Assembly (NCBI GenBank): GCA_019117305.1
Contig: DWZZ01000027.1
Coordinates: 6,529-70,528, forward strand
From: Candidatus Mediterraneibacter merdigallinarum
Lineage (GTDB): Bacteria; Bacillota; Clostridia; Lachnospirales; Lachnospiraceae
DNA length: 64,000 bases
Reading direction: 5' to 3'
Positions 1-9,948 of the stretch are shown here, one piece after another. Position 1 is the stretch's first letter. Each line of letters begins with the position of its first letter. The notes under the pieces were generated by a model that did not search any database, had not been told where the DNA came from, and saw only the letters and a program-made list of their open reading frames with translations. The position numbers and the translations under genes were made by a program.

Positions 1-921
1 CATGGAGATAATTGATATTGCCGTTGCCACAATTCCTGCATTAACTGCCATATTAATAACAGGATCATCTGCATTTTTTATATATTTATATCCAATTAAT
101 GATAAAATTGTAGGTACGGAATAAACCAAAACACGTATTGGATTAGTACCGTCATCTGCCATTGATTCCCAGTCACTTACAACATTAGTATATTGAGTGT
201 CAGAAAGAAGCGCATCTAACATATTAGTGAACTGATTTACAAATACTAAAGCCAACAAACTTAAAAAAATACAAATAAGCGTCTTTTTATTCCATGCTTT
301 TCCTTGAATTATAAATACAATTGGTAACATAAGTAATGCTGATCCGTGAATTGTAGATGCCACTAATATTATAATTATTAGTGGCACATATTTCTTTTTT
401 AACATTAATCCTGTTGTTGCAAAGACAATCGCAACAGCAGTAAATTGTCTAATTCCATTATGCATCCACGACATATAATCTGTAGAAACCACAAAAAGGA
501 AAATACTCAACCAATAATTACATGAATATTTTCTTAAAATTAAAACAATACAAAGCATTTGGATTAATGCCAAAATGAAAAAAAAGACAATAACCGAATT
601 ACCAAAAATCGATTTAATTATTACAGATAGCGCCTCAAATCCTTTATCTTTTCTCGCAGTCGATACGTATGAAATTAGCTGATCTAAAGAAGAGGGTACC
701 ATTTTATATAAATAGCGATATGAAGATGTATCTCCCCAACCATCTGGCCGAAACGCTGCCCAAACAACATAGGGAGCGGCCAAAATTAATGCCGGAATGA
801 TATTCCAACGCTCTACATACTGCCCCAAAACATTTTCTTTTTGTGTCAAGGGATACATAATAAATAATATCCCCACAATTGCAGGCCAAATTAATAGCCA
901 CCAATAATTTGTCAATTCCAT
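1..921 (-). CDS. EpsG-family (Wzy-like) polysaccharide polymerase, 3' end runs off the window
   Basis: Not in the ORF track because it has no stop in the window. Manual translation from ATG 921: MELTNYWWLLIWPAIVG...FRPDGWGDTSSY...KDKGF...WMHNGIRQFTAVAI. Multi-TM with EpsG-like GDT/N.IRQ motifs; visibly AT-rich. Confidence 0.75.
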   Translation of the reverse strand, partial: MELTNYWWLLIWPAIVGILFIMYPLTQKENVLGQYVERWNIIPALILAAPYVVWAAFRPDGWGDTSSYRYLYKMVPSSLDQLISYVSTARKDKGFEALSVIIKSIFGNSVIVFFFILALIQMLCIVLILRKYSCNYWLSIFLFVVSTDYMSWMHNGIRQFTAVAIVFATTGLMLKKKYVPLIIIILVASTIHGSALLMLPIVFIIQGKAWNKKTLICIFLSLLALVFVNQFTNMLDALLSDTQYTNVVSDWESMADDGTNPIRVLVYSVPTILSLIGYKYIKNADDPVINMAVNAGIVATAISIISM

Positions 922-958
922 CAATACGTCCTTATCCTTTATTGTGTCTGCATAGGAA

Positions 959-2755
959 CTATCCTCTGCTTATAATTTCAAATGTACTCTCGACAATCTT
1001 TTTCTTATCAAACAGCTTTTCCATGCGCTCCCTTGCGTATCTTCCCATCTCTTCTATTTCTTCTTCATTCTTATCCGCCATCAGTTTCATCTTCTCAAAG
1101 AGCATATCTGCATTTTTCACTTCACATAAATAACCACTCTTTCCATCTTCAACAGCCTCCCGGCATCCCGGAATAGCACTTGTAATAACCGGTCTGCCCA
1201 TTGCAGAGGCCTCCAGAAGAACATTGCTCATGCCCTCATGATAAGACGGAAGTACAACACAGTCTGCCATCGCATAATACGGTCTTGTCTCCTCCTGGAA
1301 CCCATGGAATACTGCAATACCGTCTTCCACCATTTTTTCAACTGTATCTCTATACTCATCTTCAAAAAAGCCGACAATATCAAGGACAACCTTGTCACCA
1401 TACTCGCTGTAAAGCATGCGCATAGCGGTAAAGAGTTCGTCAATGCCTTTTTCTTTCATAATTCTTCCGAGATAGAGAAAATGCATCTTCCCATCCCCAG
1501 ACCCTTTGCTTTCTTCGCCTTCCTGACGCAAAGAAAGTGGAGTATACGTATAGTGCTCCAGATTTACTCCTGCACCATTCAGGACAACGATCTTATCCTG
1601 AGCGACAAGCTTCCGGTTGATAAACTCCTGTGCATTGCCTTTGTTTTCAAAGAACACCGCACTTACCTTTCGAAATGCTGTTTTATACAGGATGCCTACA
1701 AACTTTGCCAGCAGTTTTTTCTGGAATGCAGTTCCCATTCCCTGAACATTTGCATAATAAGGTATTTTCCTGTGTCTACATACAAGTCCTGCATATATAT
1801 TCGGTTTTATAGAATATGTAATCACCTTGTCTGGTTTTTCGTCCGAGATTATTCTATTATAAAATTGCAGCAATTTAAAGTCAGTAACAGGATTAATACC
1901 TCTTCGATCGACATCCGTCTCCACACATTTGCATCCCATTGTAGCAAAATCATCCTCATGTCCCACAAATGGCATACTCAATACCACGTCATACTCATCC
2001 ATAAGTTTCTCTATAAGTTCTTTTCTGAACTGGTACAGCATATATGAATGATTCGTAATGATCAGGATTTTTTTCTTCTTTTCTTCCAAGGCTCCTGTTC
2101 CGCCTTCCACAACCCCGTCGCTGGTTGCCACCACGGCAATCGTTCTGATCAGACTGTACAGATCCACCACTGGGCCTACATACTGCGTATAGATCCCGTC
2201 ATATCTCGCTTTCACATCAATCGGCAGTTCATCCCGCCCCATAACCTGGGCCAGCCCCGTAATTCCCGGGCGTACAAAATTAGCGCCGTACTTATCACGC
2301 TCTGCCATCAGGTCTTCCTGATTATACAGCGCAGGACGCGGTCCCACAAGGTTCATATCCCCTTTCAGAACGTTAAACAGCTGAGGCAGCTCATCCAGCG
2401 AAGTCTTCCTTAGAAAATGTCCGGCCTTTGTAATAAAAGCATCCGGATTTTCAAGCATATGTGTCGGCATATCTTTCGGTGTATCCGTGTACATGGTCCG
2501 GAACTTATAAATTGTAAAATATCTGTATGTTCCGTCTGCCTCAGACCTGGCAACACGTTTCTGACGGAAGAGCACAGGGAAACCGCTGTCTGCAATAATC
2601 CAGATACATAAAATCAAAAATACCGGAGAAAGGATAATAACGCCAAGCAGAGCGCAGAAAAAACTTACTGCTCGCTGTACTTTCATATATGTTTTCTGAA
2701 ACGATGAAAATACCGGATAATACAGACTGCTGTTCTTTTTTACTTTTCTCTTCAT
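959..2755 (-). CDS. Fusion of priming sugar (phosphoglycosyl) transferase and GT4 glycosyltransferase
   Basis: N-half has KFRTM, LRKTSLDELPQLFNVLKGDMNLVGPRP and RPGITGLAQV (Bac_transf). C-half has VLPSYHEGMSNVLLEASAMGRPVI (GT4, CapM/PglA-like). Confidence 0.92.
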   Translation of the reverse strand: MKRKVKKNSSLYYPVFSSFQKTYMKVQRAVSFFCALLGVIILSPVFLILCIWIIADSGFPVLFRQKRVARSEADGTYRYFTIYKFRTMYTDTPKDMPTHMLENPDAFITKAGHFLRKTSLDELPQLFNVLKGDMNLVGPRPALYNQEDLMAERDKYGANFVRPGITGLAQVMGRDELPIDVKARYDGIYTQYVGPVVDLYSLIRTIAVVATSDGVVEGGTGALEEKKKKILIITNHSYMLYQFRKELIEKLMDEYDVVLSMPFVGHEDDFATMGCKCVETDVDRRGINPVTDFKLLQFYNRIISDEKPDKVITYSIKPNIYAGLVCRHRKIPYYANVQGMGTAFQKKLLAKFVGILYKTAFRKVSAVFFENKGNAQEFINRKLVAQDKIVVLNGAGVNLEHYTYTPLSLRQEGEESKGSGDGKMHFLYLGRIMKEKGIDELFTAMRMLYSEYGDKVVLDIVGFFEDEYRDTVEKMVEDGIAVFHGFQEETRPYYAMADCVVLPSYHEGMSNVLLEASAMGRPVITSAIPGCREAVEDGKSGYLCEVKNADMLFEKMKLMADKNEEEIEEMGRYARERMEKLFDKKKIVESTFEIISRG

Positions 2756-2775
2756 TTCTCAGTTTCCTTTTCCCT

Positions 2776-4650
2776 CTACTCTGTTTTATTCTTATACTCC
2801 GGTACAATCTTCTTTATCTCCGCCCGGATATCCTTATACTCATCATATGCCAGCCTGATCAGCCCATCGATCTTACGGCTCACCTCTGCCACATCAATCT
2901 CACCCATCTGTGCCACAAAGATTCTGTCATTCTCTGTCTCCACCAGATTGTCTTCATCGATCAGCAGCTCCTCATACAACTTTTCTCCGGGCCTCAGCCC
3001 TGTAAACTCGATCTTGATATCCTGTCCCGGCACATGTCCCGACAAACGGATCATCTTTTTCGCCAGATCCAGTATCTTCACCGGTTCTCCCATATCCAGA
3101 ATAAAGATCTCTCCGCCCTTTGCGTAGGCTCCGCACTGAAGCACCAGATTCACAGCTTCCGGAATGGTCATAAAATAACGGATAATATCCGGATGGGTAA
3201 CCGTTACCGGTCCTCCGTTTTTAATCTGCTGCCGGAAAACAGGAATCACACTTCCGTTGCTGCCCAGTACGTTTCCGAAACGCACCGCCGCATATTCGGT
3301 TGGGGATATCTGAGAAAAGATCTGTATGATCATCTCACAGAGCCTCTTGGACGCCCCCATTACATTTGTCGGACGCACTGCCTTATCTGTGGAGATCAGC
3401 ACCATCTTTTTCACATGATACTTATTCGCGGCGCTGGCCACATTATATGTACCAAGCACATTATTCTTTATTGCTTCATCCGGACTGTCTTCCATCAGCG
3501 GAACATGTTTATGCGCCGCCGCATGGTATACAATATCCGGGTGATATGTCTCAAATATATCCTCTATACGCTTCTTATCCCGCACAGATGCGATCAGCGT
3601 TTCCAGATTCAGTTCCGGATGTTTTTTCTTCAGTTCAAGCTGTATATTATAGGCATTGTTCTCATAAATATCGACGATAACCAGCTGTTTCGGATCATGC
3701 AGCGCTACCTGACGGCAGATCTCACTTCCGATAGAGCCGCCTCCTCCGGTAACAAGGATTACCTTGCCGGTAATATAATTACCGATAGACTCCATCCGCA
3801 GGTCCACCGGTTCTCTCCCCAGCAGATCTTCAATGCTTACGTCCCGCAGCATAGACACGTCCACTTCCTGATTCACCATCTGGTAAATACCGGGAAGCAT
3901 TTTGATTTTGCAGGCCGTCTCCTGACAGATTTCAAGCAGTTCCCTTCTTTTTTCCTCTTTCAGGGTGGGGATTGCTATGATAATTTCTTCAATATTATAT
4001 TTTTTTGCCATGGCAGGTATGTCTTTCTGACCGCCCACAATGGGAATACCCTGCAGATATGTACCGATCTTCTGCTTGTCGTCATCAATAATGCACGGAA
4101 CCTTCCGGTTGAGATGCTTGCTGTTTTTCATTTCCCGGACCAGCATATATCCTGCCGCTCCTGCTCCCACAACCATAGTTACAACAGGCTTGGACTGCCA
4201 GATTACTTCCCTGTTGTGGTATGCTATTCTGATAAAGCGATAGGAAAACCGCGGCACAATAATGCAGAATGACAGCAGCATTATATACAGAAATATATAA
4301 CTTCTCGGCACCGGATATTTAAATAGTTTCATACCGCAGTACTGTACAAAAGACGACAGCAAAATCGCAATGATGGCATTTTTCAGCTCCTCCAGACTTG
4401 CGAAACGCCACAGACTTGTATACAGACGGCAGAATGCATTTATGATAACCGTGCATACTACATTGATCCACATATAATCCTGCACAGACTCCCAGAATAC
4501 CGGATCGATATTTACAAAGCTGAAATCATACCGCATCCATAAGGCGCCTGTCATGCTGGCTATAATCAGGATGATATCAAGCAAAAAAAGAGCCGTACCT
4601 TTAATGACGGCTTCTCTGTTTCTGTAAAATCTCTGAATACTAAATCCCAT
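2776..4650 (-). CDS. Membrane-bound UDP-GlcNAc 4,6-dehydratase (PglF/CapD family)
   Basis: N-terminal TMs; TGGGGSIGSE, HAAAHKHVP, ISTDKAVRPTNVMGASK, RFGNVLGSNGSV, GLRPGEKLYEEL. Confidence 0.93.
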   Translation of the reverse strand: MGFSIQRFYRNREAVIKGTALFLLDIILIIASMTGALWMRYDFSFVNIDPVFWESVQDYMWINVVCTVIINAFCRLYTSLWRFASLEELKNAIIAILLSSFVQYCGMKLFKYPVPRSYIFLYIMLLSFCIIVPRFSYRFIRIAYHNREVIWQSKPVVTMVVGAGAAGYMLVREMKNSKHLNRKVPCIIDDDKQKIGTYLQGIPIVGGQKDIPAMAKKYNIEEIIIAIPTLKEEKRRELLEICQETACKIKMLPGIYQMVNQEVDVSMLRDVSIEDLLGREPVDLRMESIGNYITGKVILVTGGGGSIGSEICRQVALHDPKQLVIVDIYENNAYNIQLELKKKHPELNLETLIASVRDKKRIEDIFETYHPDIVYHAAAHKHVPLMEDSPDEAIKNNVLGTYNVASAANKYHVKKMVLISTDKAVRPTNVMGASKRLCEMIIQIFSQISPTEYAAVRFGNVLGSNGSVIPVFRQQIKNGGPVTVTHPDIIRYFMTIPEAVNLVLQCGAYAKGGEIFILDMGEPVKILDLAKKMIRLSGHVPGQDIKIEFTGLRPGEKLYEELLIDEDNLVETENDRIFVAQMGEIDVAEVSRKIDGLIRLAYDEYKDIRAEIKKIVPEYKNKTE

Positions 4651-4864
4651 AATAATCCCTCTGTTGCTCTCAAATTATTACAATTATGACTGATATTCAA
4701 CGTATTCTATATTATAACACAAACCAGGGGCCGTAAAGATGAAATATATGCTAATTCCTTGAATTTTGTCATAATTTGCCATTTTTTTGTAATAATCCGA
4801 AAATTGTCCGAAGGTCACCGTGTAAAGAATATGTAAAAGGATGTAAAGTTTCCCGAAACAGGAA

Positions 4865-4893
4865 CTGCTGCCGTCATTACATGGCGGCAGCAG
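4865..4893 (-). terminator. GC-rich hairpin downstream of LCP gene (probable terminator)
   Basis: ctgctgccgtcat-tac-atggcggcagcag inverted repeat; only a weak U-tract. Confidence 0.45.
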
Positions 4894-4956
4894 CATAAAA
4901 TTCCTTTTTCTTTTTTTCATAAACCCGTCTCAGATCTCCAGTCCGGAGCACGGATA

Positions 4957-6123
4957 TCAGTACAGCAGTTCTTTTATATACTCCTTATTTGCTTCCAGAT
5001 CAATAGTGAGAACGGACATGCTGTCATATGTGTCAAACTCATAAGTCCCGTCCCTCGGCACAGCAGCCTGCTGGGTCTTCAGGTGCTCCACTCCCATAAC
5101 ATCTGTAGCAAGGCTGTACAGTTCTGTCACTCCCATATTTGTGGATACCTGGGTCATACAGAACTTAATCAGCGGCAGGATATCTGCCGGATTTTTATTC
5201 TCCATTACTTTATTATAGATTCCGTAAAGCACGCTTCTCTGTCTGCTGGTACGGCCGAAGTCATTGTCCAGGCTTCGGTTTCTTGCATGTGCCAGCGCCT
5301 GAGATCCGGTCAGCGTTACCCAGCCGGACTGAATATCCGGCATTCCGGTCTGTCTGTAATACTCGGCCTCTTCCTCAGTAAGATTTACCTGAATGCCTCC
5401 CAGTTCATCTATGATCTCTACCAGATTTTCGAAGTTAATAATAATATAGTCCTGGATATCCAGATCAAACTGCTTATTCAGCGTATTAATGGTAAGGCCC
5501 ACACCGCCGTAAGCAAATGTATGCCCCAGCTTACTCATGCCGTATCCGTCGATATCAATCAGCGTATCTCTCAGGAAAGAAATAACGGTGGCTTTGCCTT
5601 CTGCTTTATTGAACGATACGAGCATCATCGTATCTGAACGCCCCAGCTCCGCGTCCGGGTCACGGGTGTCGGAACCTACAAGAAGAATATTTACTACATC
5701 CTGATCTTTCTGGTCCTCCCTGGCGATCTGGACCTCATCCGCGGTAGGATCCACATCATCCGGATCCACGATGCCTACACTGTCGTGATTCAGACTCCAC
5801 ACAATCGATCCGAATAGGCCGGCCACTGTCAGGATACAGATGAGAAAGAGAATGATGATAGCCGATGCCGCTTTATGCTTCTTCATCCATTTCCGCAGGC
5901 CTTTTTTCTTTTTCTTCTTTTTCCCCTTTTTCTTTCCTGTTTCTATTTCCTGTTTTTCGCCGTCATCCTTCTTCTGCTTTTCGCGTTCGGCTTTTTCTGC
6001 TCTCTTCCGGCCGCGCCGTCTGACATTTTGTTTCTTCTCAGCCGCCTCCGCAGCCTGTTCTTCAGTTTTTTCCACGGCCTGTTCTTCAGAAACATCTTCT
6101 GTTCTTATATCATTTTCTTTCAT
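4957..6123 (-). CDS. LCP (LytR-CpsA-Psr) family glycopolymer-cell wall ligase
   Basis: Lys-rich cytoplasmic N-terminus, one TM, NILLVGSD, GRSDTMML, RDT, LAHARNR..DFGRTSRQ. Confidence 0.93.
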   Translation of the reverse strand: MKENDIRTEDVSEEQAVEKTEEQAAEAAEKKQNVRRRGRKRAEKAEREKQKKDDGEKQEIETGKKKGKKKKKKKGLRKWMKKHKAASAIIILFLICILTVAGLFGSIVWSLNHDSVGIVDPDDVDPTADEVQIAREDQKDQDVVNILLVGSDTRDPDAELGRSDTMMLVSFNKAEGKATVISFLRDTLIDIDGYGMSKLGHTFAYGGVGLTINTLNKQFDLDIQDYIIINFENLVEIIDELGGIQVNLTEEEAEYYRQTGMPDIQSGWVTLTGSQALAHARNRSLDNDFGRTSRQRSVLYGIYNKVMENKNPADILPLIKFCMTQVSTNMGVTELYSLATDVMGVEHLKTQQAAVPRDGTYEFDTYDSMSVLTIDLEANKEYIKELLY

Positions 6124-6135
6124 CTGGCAAGCCTC

Positions 6136-7644
6136 CTACTCCTTAATCACACGGCCTGATGCGTCCTCGCGTTTTCCGGTATTTTTCAGTTTCCCGTAAC
6201 GGGAATAATGGCTGTAGCGGCCATACCGTCCATAGCGGCTGTAGCCGTAGCCGTAACCGTATCCATATCCGTATCGTCCGTCTTTTACCCGGGAATCTCC
6301 GTTAAATACAAAGCCCAGAATATCTACTTTCCGAATGGATAATGTCTCTATGCCGCTCCGGATTTTATTCATCTTGGTATAATCCGCACGGATCACATAT
6401 AATGCTGCATCCACATGCTTTGCGAGAAGGGATGCGTCTACAAGCAGCTCAGCCGGAGCTGTATCAAGGATAATGAAATCCGCCTGTTTCCTGAGTTTTT
6501 CCAGCAGCTCTCCCATCTGCTTCGTTCCCAGCAAAGCCGCGTCTTCAGTGTTTGGAGTTCCTCCGTACATGATCTTCAGTGAGCCTCCCGGGATCTCCGC
6601 ATCTGTAAATGCATGCTGCCATGCGATCTTATCTCTGAGAACAGCCCCCAGACCGTAATGCTTTTTCTCGTTGTGCATAACCTGCGCAACCGAGGGATTT
6701 CTCAGATCACAGTCGATCAGAATGACGGATCTCTTCTGTTTTGCCAGAGCAATGGCAAGATTTACGGCCACTGTCGTCTTTCCTTCACCCGGCACGGAAC
6801 TGGTAACCATCAGGACCTGCGCGTCCTTCATATCCATCTCACGCATCATGCGGATTCTGAGACGGCGGATTGCTTCTTCATATGCCGGAGATACTCTTTC
6901 ATCCAGAATATTAATATTATTATTCTCTGCATTTTTCCTTTTTTTGCGCTTTACATAAGGCAGACTTCCGAGATCGTGAATATTGATCTGTTTCTTCAGC
7001 TGTTCCTTTGTATGTACTGTACGTTTCAGAAATACATAAAGGCAGAGAATCACGGCGCTGATCAGAATTCCCTGAACTGCGCCCCGCCTGTATGAGCCCC
7101 GTATCACAACTTCCCTCTGTGTATCAGAAGGAATTCCGGTCTCATCAAGGATCTGCAGACGTGTCTCACCGAATATATATTCCGCTACTTCCGGGTAATT
7201 TTCAATAACAGATGTAAGGATATTATATGCCATCTGCGGATCATCGGAAGATACGGAGATGGTCAGCATATTCATATCTTCTTCCGCGTCTACACTGATA
7301 GAGCCCGGCAGGTACGTAAGCCCCAGATCATTCTGAATCACATCCCGGAGCACGCCGCTTGTCAGTATATACGGAAATATAGACGCCATTTCCTGGGCGG
7401 AGGTAATATTTGTATACGAACCGCCCGGCGTGGTAACCGACACCGTGGCAGAAGCGACATACTGGGGTGTGTAGGAAAAAGTTGTAGAAAAGTAAGAGCG
7501 CGCGGTGCATACAATTACAATTACCAGCATGAGAAGCCACAGTCTCCGGAAACCGTTCCAGAAGGCCGCCACAAGATTCATAATATCTATTTTCTGTATT
7601 TCTTCGTTTTTATTATTCTCTGAATTTTCTCTGATCTCACTCAT
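6136..7644 (-). CDS. Wzz/chain-length domain fused to BY-kinase (Wzc-like) with Tyr-rich tail, copy 1
   Basis: Two TMs, Walker A PGEGKTT, IDCDLRNPS, ILDTAP, tail YGYGYGYGYGYSRYGRYGRY. Start placed at MSEIRE (7644), overlapping the upstream gene's stop. Confidence 0.9.
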   Translation of the reverse strand: MSEIRENSENNKNEEIQKIDIMNLVAAFWNGFRRLWLLMLVIVIVCTARSYFSTTFSYTPQYVASATVSVTTPGGSYTNITSAQEMASIFPYILTSGVLRDVIQNDLGLTYLPGSISVDAEEDMNMLTISVSSDDPQMAYNILTSVIENYPEVAEYIFGETRLQILDETGIPSDTQREVVIRGSYRRGAVQGILISAVILCLYVFLKRTVHTKEQLKKQINIHDLGSLPYVKRKKRKNAENNNINILDERVSPAYEEAIRRLRIRMMREMDMKDAQVLMVTSSVPGEGKTTVAVNLAIALAKQKRSVILIDCDLRNPSVAQVMHNEKKHYGLGAVLRDKIAWQHAFTDAEIPGGSLKIMYGGTPNTEDAALLGTKQMGELLEKLRKQADFIILDTAPAELLVDASLLAKHVDAALYVIRADYTKMNKIRSGIETLSIRKVDILGFVFNGDSRVKDGRYGYGYGYGYGYSRYGRYGRYSHYSRYGKLKNTGKREDASGRVIKE

Positions 7645-9079
7645 CACTGACTTCCTTCTGTTTCTTACCATAATTGCCGTAATCACCATAACGGCCGTAG
7701 TATCTGCCTACAGTTGAGCCCGCAATCGTACCGAAGGACTGAACACTGTTCAGAACAACGCCCAGCACTTTTGACTTCTGCGCGCGGAACTTGTCAAGCA
7801 CTGTGTTAACGTCTTCCGCCAGAACGAAATTCTGCCGTTCCACAAAAAGCACTGTGTCTGCATACTGGCCCCACAGTTCTGCGTCTCCCAGCACGCCTGC
7901 GGGAGGTGTGTCTATAATTACAAAATCCGCCGATTCCCTGCACCGGTTCAGGAATTTCCATGTAATATCCGTCTGCAGAATATCGGTTGACGATGAGTAG
8001 CAGTTCCGTCCGCCGATCACATACAGCTTCGACACATCTGTGTTCATCAGCAGATTAAAATCCTGTTTTTCTCTCTTGAGAAATTCTCCCAGCTCATTTT
8101 CTTCTTTCGGATGAAGGCCGAAAATAAGAAACTGGGACGGGCGTCTCAAATCTCCGTCAATCAGAATTACCCTGTAGTCCTTCTCCGCCAGGCTGATTGC
8201 CAGATTGGCGGCAACCGTAGATTTTCCCTCGTTCTCTGAAACACTGGTTACCGCCAGCGTTTTATATCCTTCCTTTTCCATCCGGTATTCCACCCGGGAA
8301 GAAAACTTTCTGTAGCTTTCTACAAAACCAAAACCGGCCAGCGGATCATTGATCAGAAGCGCCTTTTTCTTCCGGCGGAACAGTTCCCGCAAAGATTTAT
8401 ATTTGAATTCATAAGTCAGCGCGCCCAGGCTTCTGGCATCCAGCTTATCTTTCAGATCATCCTCCGTCTTCAATGTATCCTTCAATACAGAAAGAATCCC
8501 GAACAGAACGACCATTGCCGCTGCCGCCAGCACAAATACTTTTTTCATCGTGCTTTCCGTGTTCAGCGGATTAACAGGTGAAAACGGCACGGAAGGATTC
8601 TGCAGAATATTCAGCGTAATATCTCCTACCGTATAAAGGGTAATATCCGAATAATTTTCCAGAATTCCCTCCATTATGTCAAAGGAATCCCTGGGATTGT
8701 CCGCGGTCACCCGCAGATCCAGGAGATTGGTGCCTTCCGCGACGCTTGCCTGAATATCCGCCTCAACCGCGTCCACACCCAGTTTCTTGCAGAGGATATC
8801 CTGCATGGCTGAACTCTCGACTATCTTCTGAAATGTGGTGGCCATTGTATTCGCCGTACCCAGAGAAGAGTAGGACGCGGAACTGTTCCGGTACGAAACA
8901 ACAAATGTAGCTGAAGTTGTGTACTGCGGAACATATCTTATATTCAGCACAACAGAAGAAATCATCGCGGCAGAAAGCGCCGCCAGAAGGATTACCCACC
9001 AGTTTACAAGGATATCATGTATCAGAGTAAATGGTTCTATCTTATAATTTTCCAGTGTTTGTCCGGTTGTTTTCTCCAT
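7637..9079 (-). CDS. Wzz-BY-kinase fusion (Wzc-like), copy 2
   Basis: ENEGKST, IDGDLRRPS, IIDTPP, tail YYGRYGDYGNYG. Confidence 0.9.
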   Translation of the reverse strand: MEKTTGQTLENYKIEPFTLIHDILVNWWVILLAALSAAMISSVVLNIRYVPQYTTSATFVVSYRNSSASYSSLGTANTMATTFQKIVESSAMQDILCKKLGVDAVEADIQASVAEGTNLLDLRVTADNPRDSFDIMEGILENYSDITLYTVGDITLNILQNPSVPFSPVNPLNTESTMKKVFVLAAAAMVVLFGILSVLKDTLKTEDDLKDKLDARSLGALTYEFKYKSLRELFRRKKKALLINDPLAGFGFVESYRKFSSRVEYRMEKEGYKTLAVTSVSENEGKSTVAANLAISLAEKDYRVILIDGDLRRPSQFLIFGLHPKEENELGEFLKREKQDFNLLMNTDVSKLYVIGGRNCYSSSTDILQTDITWKFLNRCRESADFVIIDTPPAGVLGDAELWGQYADTVLFVERQNFVLAEDVNTVLDKFRAQKSKVLGVVLNSVQSFGTIAGSTVGRYYGRYGDYGNYGKKQKEVSDE

Positions 9080-9084
9080 CGGTA

Positions 9085-9948
9085 CTACCTCACTACTACT
9101 GCCAGTTTCGTTGTCGCCGTTTCGCCGTCATCCGACGTATATGTATAATCCACATTATAAGTACCGGCCGTGTTATAATCGATTTCTTCTGAAATATCCA
9201 CATCTGACTTGTCACCCGGGGCAAATGAATCATCGTCATCAAACAGATACTCTGTGCCGCTGCTTTCCAGACCGATCAGCAGATCAGAAAGATTTACCGA
9301 TTTGCCCACATCCGTATAAACAATATAATCCGAAAGAACCGGATAATATTTGCCCCGCTCATTTTCCGGATCTGTCACTGTAACGGTAAGATTTACGGAG
9401 CAGGTATCGCCCGCGCTGTTGCTTACCTGTACAGTAACCCCATAATCGCCGGCCTGGGAAACATAGGCATTGTCATTATATGTCGCACGGATCTCCTGAC
9501 TGATATCACCGTCCAGGCAGTCCTGTACGCTCATGCTGCCGGTCAGATCAGCCTCTTCCATATCATCCAGACTGAATCTGAGCGGCGCGCTCAGTCTGAT
9601 CTGAGGCGAAGTGTAGTCTGTATACTCCAGATTTCTTGTCAGTGTAGCCGCATTATTTGACTCATCAAATACAACATAATTTACTGTCCGTTTTCCCGGC
9701 TCCGTAAAGTTTGACATCGATGATACCCGGATTGACTCTGTCAGGTCACCGTCCTTATTGTCAGTGGCCTGCAGTCCTTCAAGCATTTTGCTCTCATCAT
9801 CCTCCACACTGACAGAAACGGCATCCGACTCTGCAGTAATTACAGGAGGAACTTTATCCTGCGTCATTCTGGTCATGATATTATATCCGATATATGCGAT
9901 CAGTGACAAAATAAAAACGGCCACCACCGCGGCTCTGAGTTTTCTCAT
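9085..9948 (-). CDS. Membrane-anchored Ig-like repeat (DUF5011-like) protein
   Basis: N-terminal TM; PPVI, ATDNKDGDLT, G.Y.V.Y.V.D..GN repeats; paralog of 25124-25918. Confidence 0.7.
   Translation of the reverse strand: MRKLRAAVVAVFILSLIAYIGYNIMTRMTQDKVPPVITAESDAVSVSVEDDESKMLEGLQATDNKDGDLTESIRVSSMSNFTEPGKRTVNYVVFDESNNAATLTRNLEYTDYTSPQIRLSAPLRFSLDDMEEADLTGSMSVQDCLDGDISQEIRATYNDNAYVSQAGDYGVTVQVSNSAGDTCSVNLTVTVTDPENERGKYYPVLSDYIVYTDVGKSVNLSDLLIGLESSGTEYLFDDDDSFAPGDKSDVDISEEIDYNTAGTYNVDYTYTSDDGETATTKLAVVVR

Noticed and set aside
2689-4272. 527-aa plus-strand ORF and other long antisense ORFs (1238-2047, 12477-13352, 38224-39195, etc.)
   Set aside because: Shadows of well-supported minus-strand genes with no recognisable motifs
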